A stretch of 64,000 bases of DNA from Candidatus Poribacteria bacterium (lineage in GTDB: Bacteria > Poribacteria > WGA-4E > PCPOR2b), in the NCBI GenBank assembly GCA_965208675.1, contig OZ242351.1, positions 3,424,001 to 3,488,000 on the forward strand. Direction: 5' to 3'. The notes below the pieces were generated by a model, which saw only the letters and a list, made by a program, of their open reading frames with translations, did not search any database and was not told where the DNA came from. Positions 62,648 to 64,000 of this stretch are shown here, piece by piece; position 1 is the first letter of the stretch; every line of letters starts with the position of its first letter. Both the position numbers and the translations under genes were made by a program.

Positions 62648-63688
62648 GTGGGCGGAAATTTCGGAAATCCAGGAATGGGAACGCGGCAGCAGTATCTCTG
62701 GTTTTTTCATACCATTTACGCATTAATCTTTCTCTCATGCCGCGCAGAACAGGGCAATTACACCGCCGTAAATCATAACGGCCGCTATCTTTATGGAGTT
62801 TGGCATGCCCATACAGCCAAAGCGGCAGAGAATCTCTCACGCCAAATAGCGACTGCCTGCGCAGCAAATCCTCCGCAAATTGAGCAACTTCCAATAATCA
62901 CAGTCGACAAATCAATAAATCTCTTGCCAAAAAATGGTGAAGCATCCGATTGGGTGCGCTCACGGACACCGAGTACGTATACAGGTCAACATCTGTATAA
63001 AGATGTGATCGGCGGCAACGCTGGATTGTATCATGCCTACGGATTTGTCGAAGCGGCGAATGTTGAGTACCAAACCCCCAAGCTTGGATCCAAACCCCTG
63101 ATTTTGGTGGAAATCTTCGACATGAGAAAACCTGAGAACGCCTTTGGACGCTTTAGCTTTGATCGCTACCCTCAAGATAACCACGAGTGGGTCGGCAGCA
63201 AAGCAATCATCTCCGGAGATACGCTTAGTTTTTGCAAGGGGAAATATTTCATACAGATTGAAGGTTATGAGTTTGCTAGTGCGATTAAAGACGGCATGAA
63301 GGCACTTGCCCGAGTCATTGCCAAGCGCATCAAAGATTCACCAGACCCAAAACCGCTGCTACTGAAGTTACTTCCCCGAAAAAATCAGGTGCGGTATAGC
63401 GGAAAATATTTCACATCTGACTCGCTGTTAAGAGAGACGTATCGCTTCCTACCTGAGAATGTGTTAAAACTCGGCTCAAACGCTTCTACCGTTTCAGCGC
63501 AGTATCACCATAAGTCCTCCAAAAAACCCACAAATTTAGCTTTGCCAGATGCCATGATTGGATTTATCAGCCGGTATGAAAATGCATCTGATGCAAAGGG
63601 AGCTTACAAAGTTTATCAAGGATACCTCGATGAAAACGCAACTGTTGTCAATACAACGCAATCTGGCGGAATTATTGCCAAGCATTAG
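62648..63688 (+). CDS. Putative lipoprotein (DUF6599-like)
   Basis: FLSC lipobox-like; LY..IGGNA.LY.AYGF, VEIFDM...NAFG.F, FCKGKYF motifs. Confidence 0.55.
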   Translation: MGGNFGNPGMGTRQQYLWFFHTIYALIFLSCRAEQGNYTAVNHNGRYLYGVWHAHTAKAAENLSRQIATACAANPPQIEQLPIITVDKSINLLPKNGEASDWVRSRTPSTYTGQHLYKDVIGGNAGLYHAYGFVEAANVEYQTPKLGSKPLILVEIFDMRKPENAFGRFSFDRYPQDNHEWVGSKAIISGDTLSFCKGKYFIQIEGYEFASAIKDGMKALARVIAKRIKDSPDPKPLLLKLLPRKNQVRYSGKYFTSDSLLRETYRFLPENVLKLGSNASTVSAQYHHKSSKKPTNLALPDAMIGFISRYENASDAKGAYKVYQGYLDENATVVNTTQSGGIIAKH

Positions 63689-63878
63689 CGCAATTATTGC
63701 CGCGAACCTTGTCTTGGCTGTCACTACAAGGCGTGAGTTAAATGGGGACGCCGATTGTATCTATTGACCATAAATTTGTTGCACCTGCCCTTTAGCCAAC
63801 TCAGTTCGTAAAGGCAGGTTTGGAGTTAAAATAGAGGTTAGACAAGATTTGACGTATTTTTCTTAAATACACTACACC

Positions 63879-64000
63879 ATGCAAGAGAGCCTAAAACGCA
63901 CGCCGCTCTACCACATACATAAAACCCTCGGTGCGAAACTAATTGAATTTGGCGGTTGGGAAATGCCCGTCCAATATAGCGGAATAATAGATGAACATTT
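63879..64000 (+). CDS. gcvT: Glycine cleavage T protein, 5' part
   Basis: [36 protein letters not shown], running off the window end. Confidence 0.93.
   Translation, partial: MQESLKRTPLYHIHKTLGAKLIEFGGWEMPVQYSGIIDEH

Noticed and set aside
63689-63878. Glycine riboswitch before gcvT (and glmS ribozyme before glmS)
   Set aside because: No recognisable consensus by eye, and the glmS gap is only 45 bp. An Rfam scan would settle it.

Overview
Bacterial chromosomal window. The gene content points to Candidatus Poribacteria or a relative (inference): several secreted LamG proteins with a C-terminal 'GKxxTTWGKxK' motif, repeated PhyH dioxygenases, a DUF1501 + PSD1/cytochrome pair, and dense REP-like repeats. 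1-20 kb is accessory/defence DNA: a translationally coupled TIGR04255 / unknown / ADP-ribosyltransferase-like triad, a lone DUF2280-like gene, a type III R-M locus (res ... mod) with a PARIS-like ATPase + DUF4435 pair between res and mod and a 1207-aa HEPN-like/helical protein behind mod, and a frameshifted RelE TA pair. 20-45 kb is metabolic: tkt, a divergent fumC, a PhyH/AKR/Hyi/MBL/GH116 cluster, LamG proteins, IS remnants, a GlmU-like gene and glmS. 45-49.6 kb is a decayed CRISPR adaptation locus: cas1 is fused by deletion to a cas4 3' end, followed by a leader and a 37-bp-repeat mini-array whose last 'spacer' is a 1287-bp gene-bearing fragment cut through ORFs at both edges. 49.7-64 kb is housekeeping (rsmE, rimP-nusA-infB-rbfA-nrnA-truB-ribF-rpsO-pnp, gcvT start). 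A ~33-bp motif (AGACTATCGC..CCTATTCGGTCGGTTGATC) occurs 9 times, always in the same orientation and nearly always joined to REP or CRISPR-repeat hairpins. All family assignments come from recognising motifs by eye; no searches were run.
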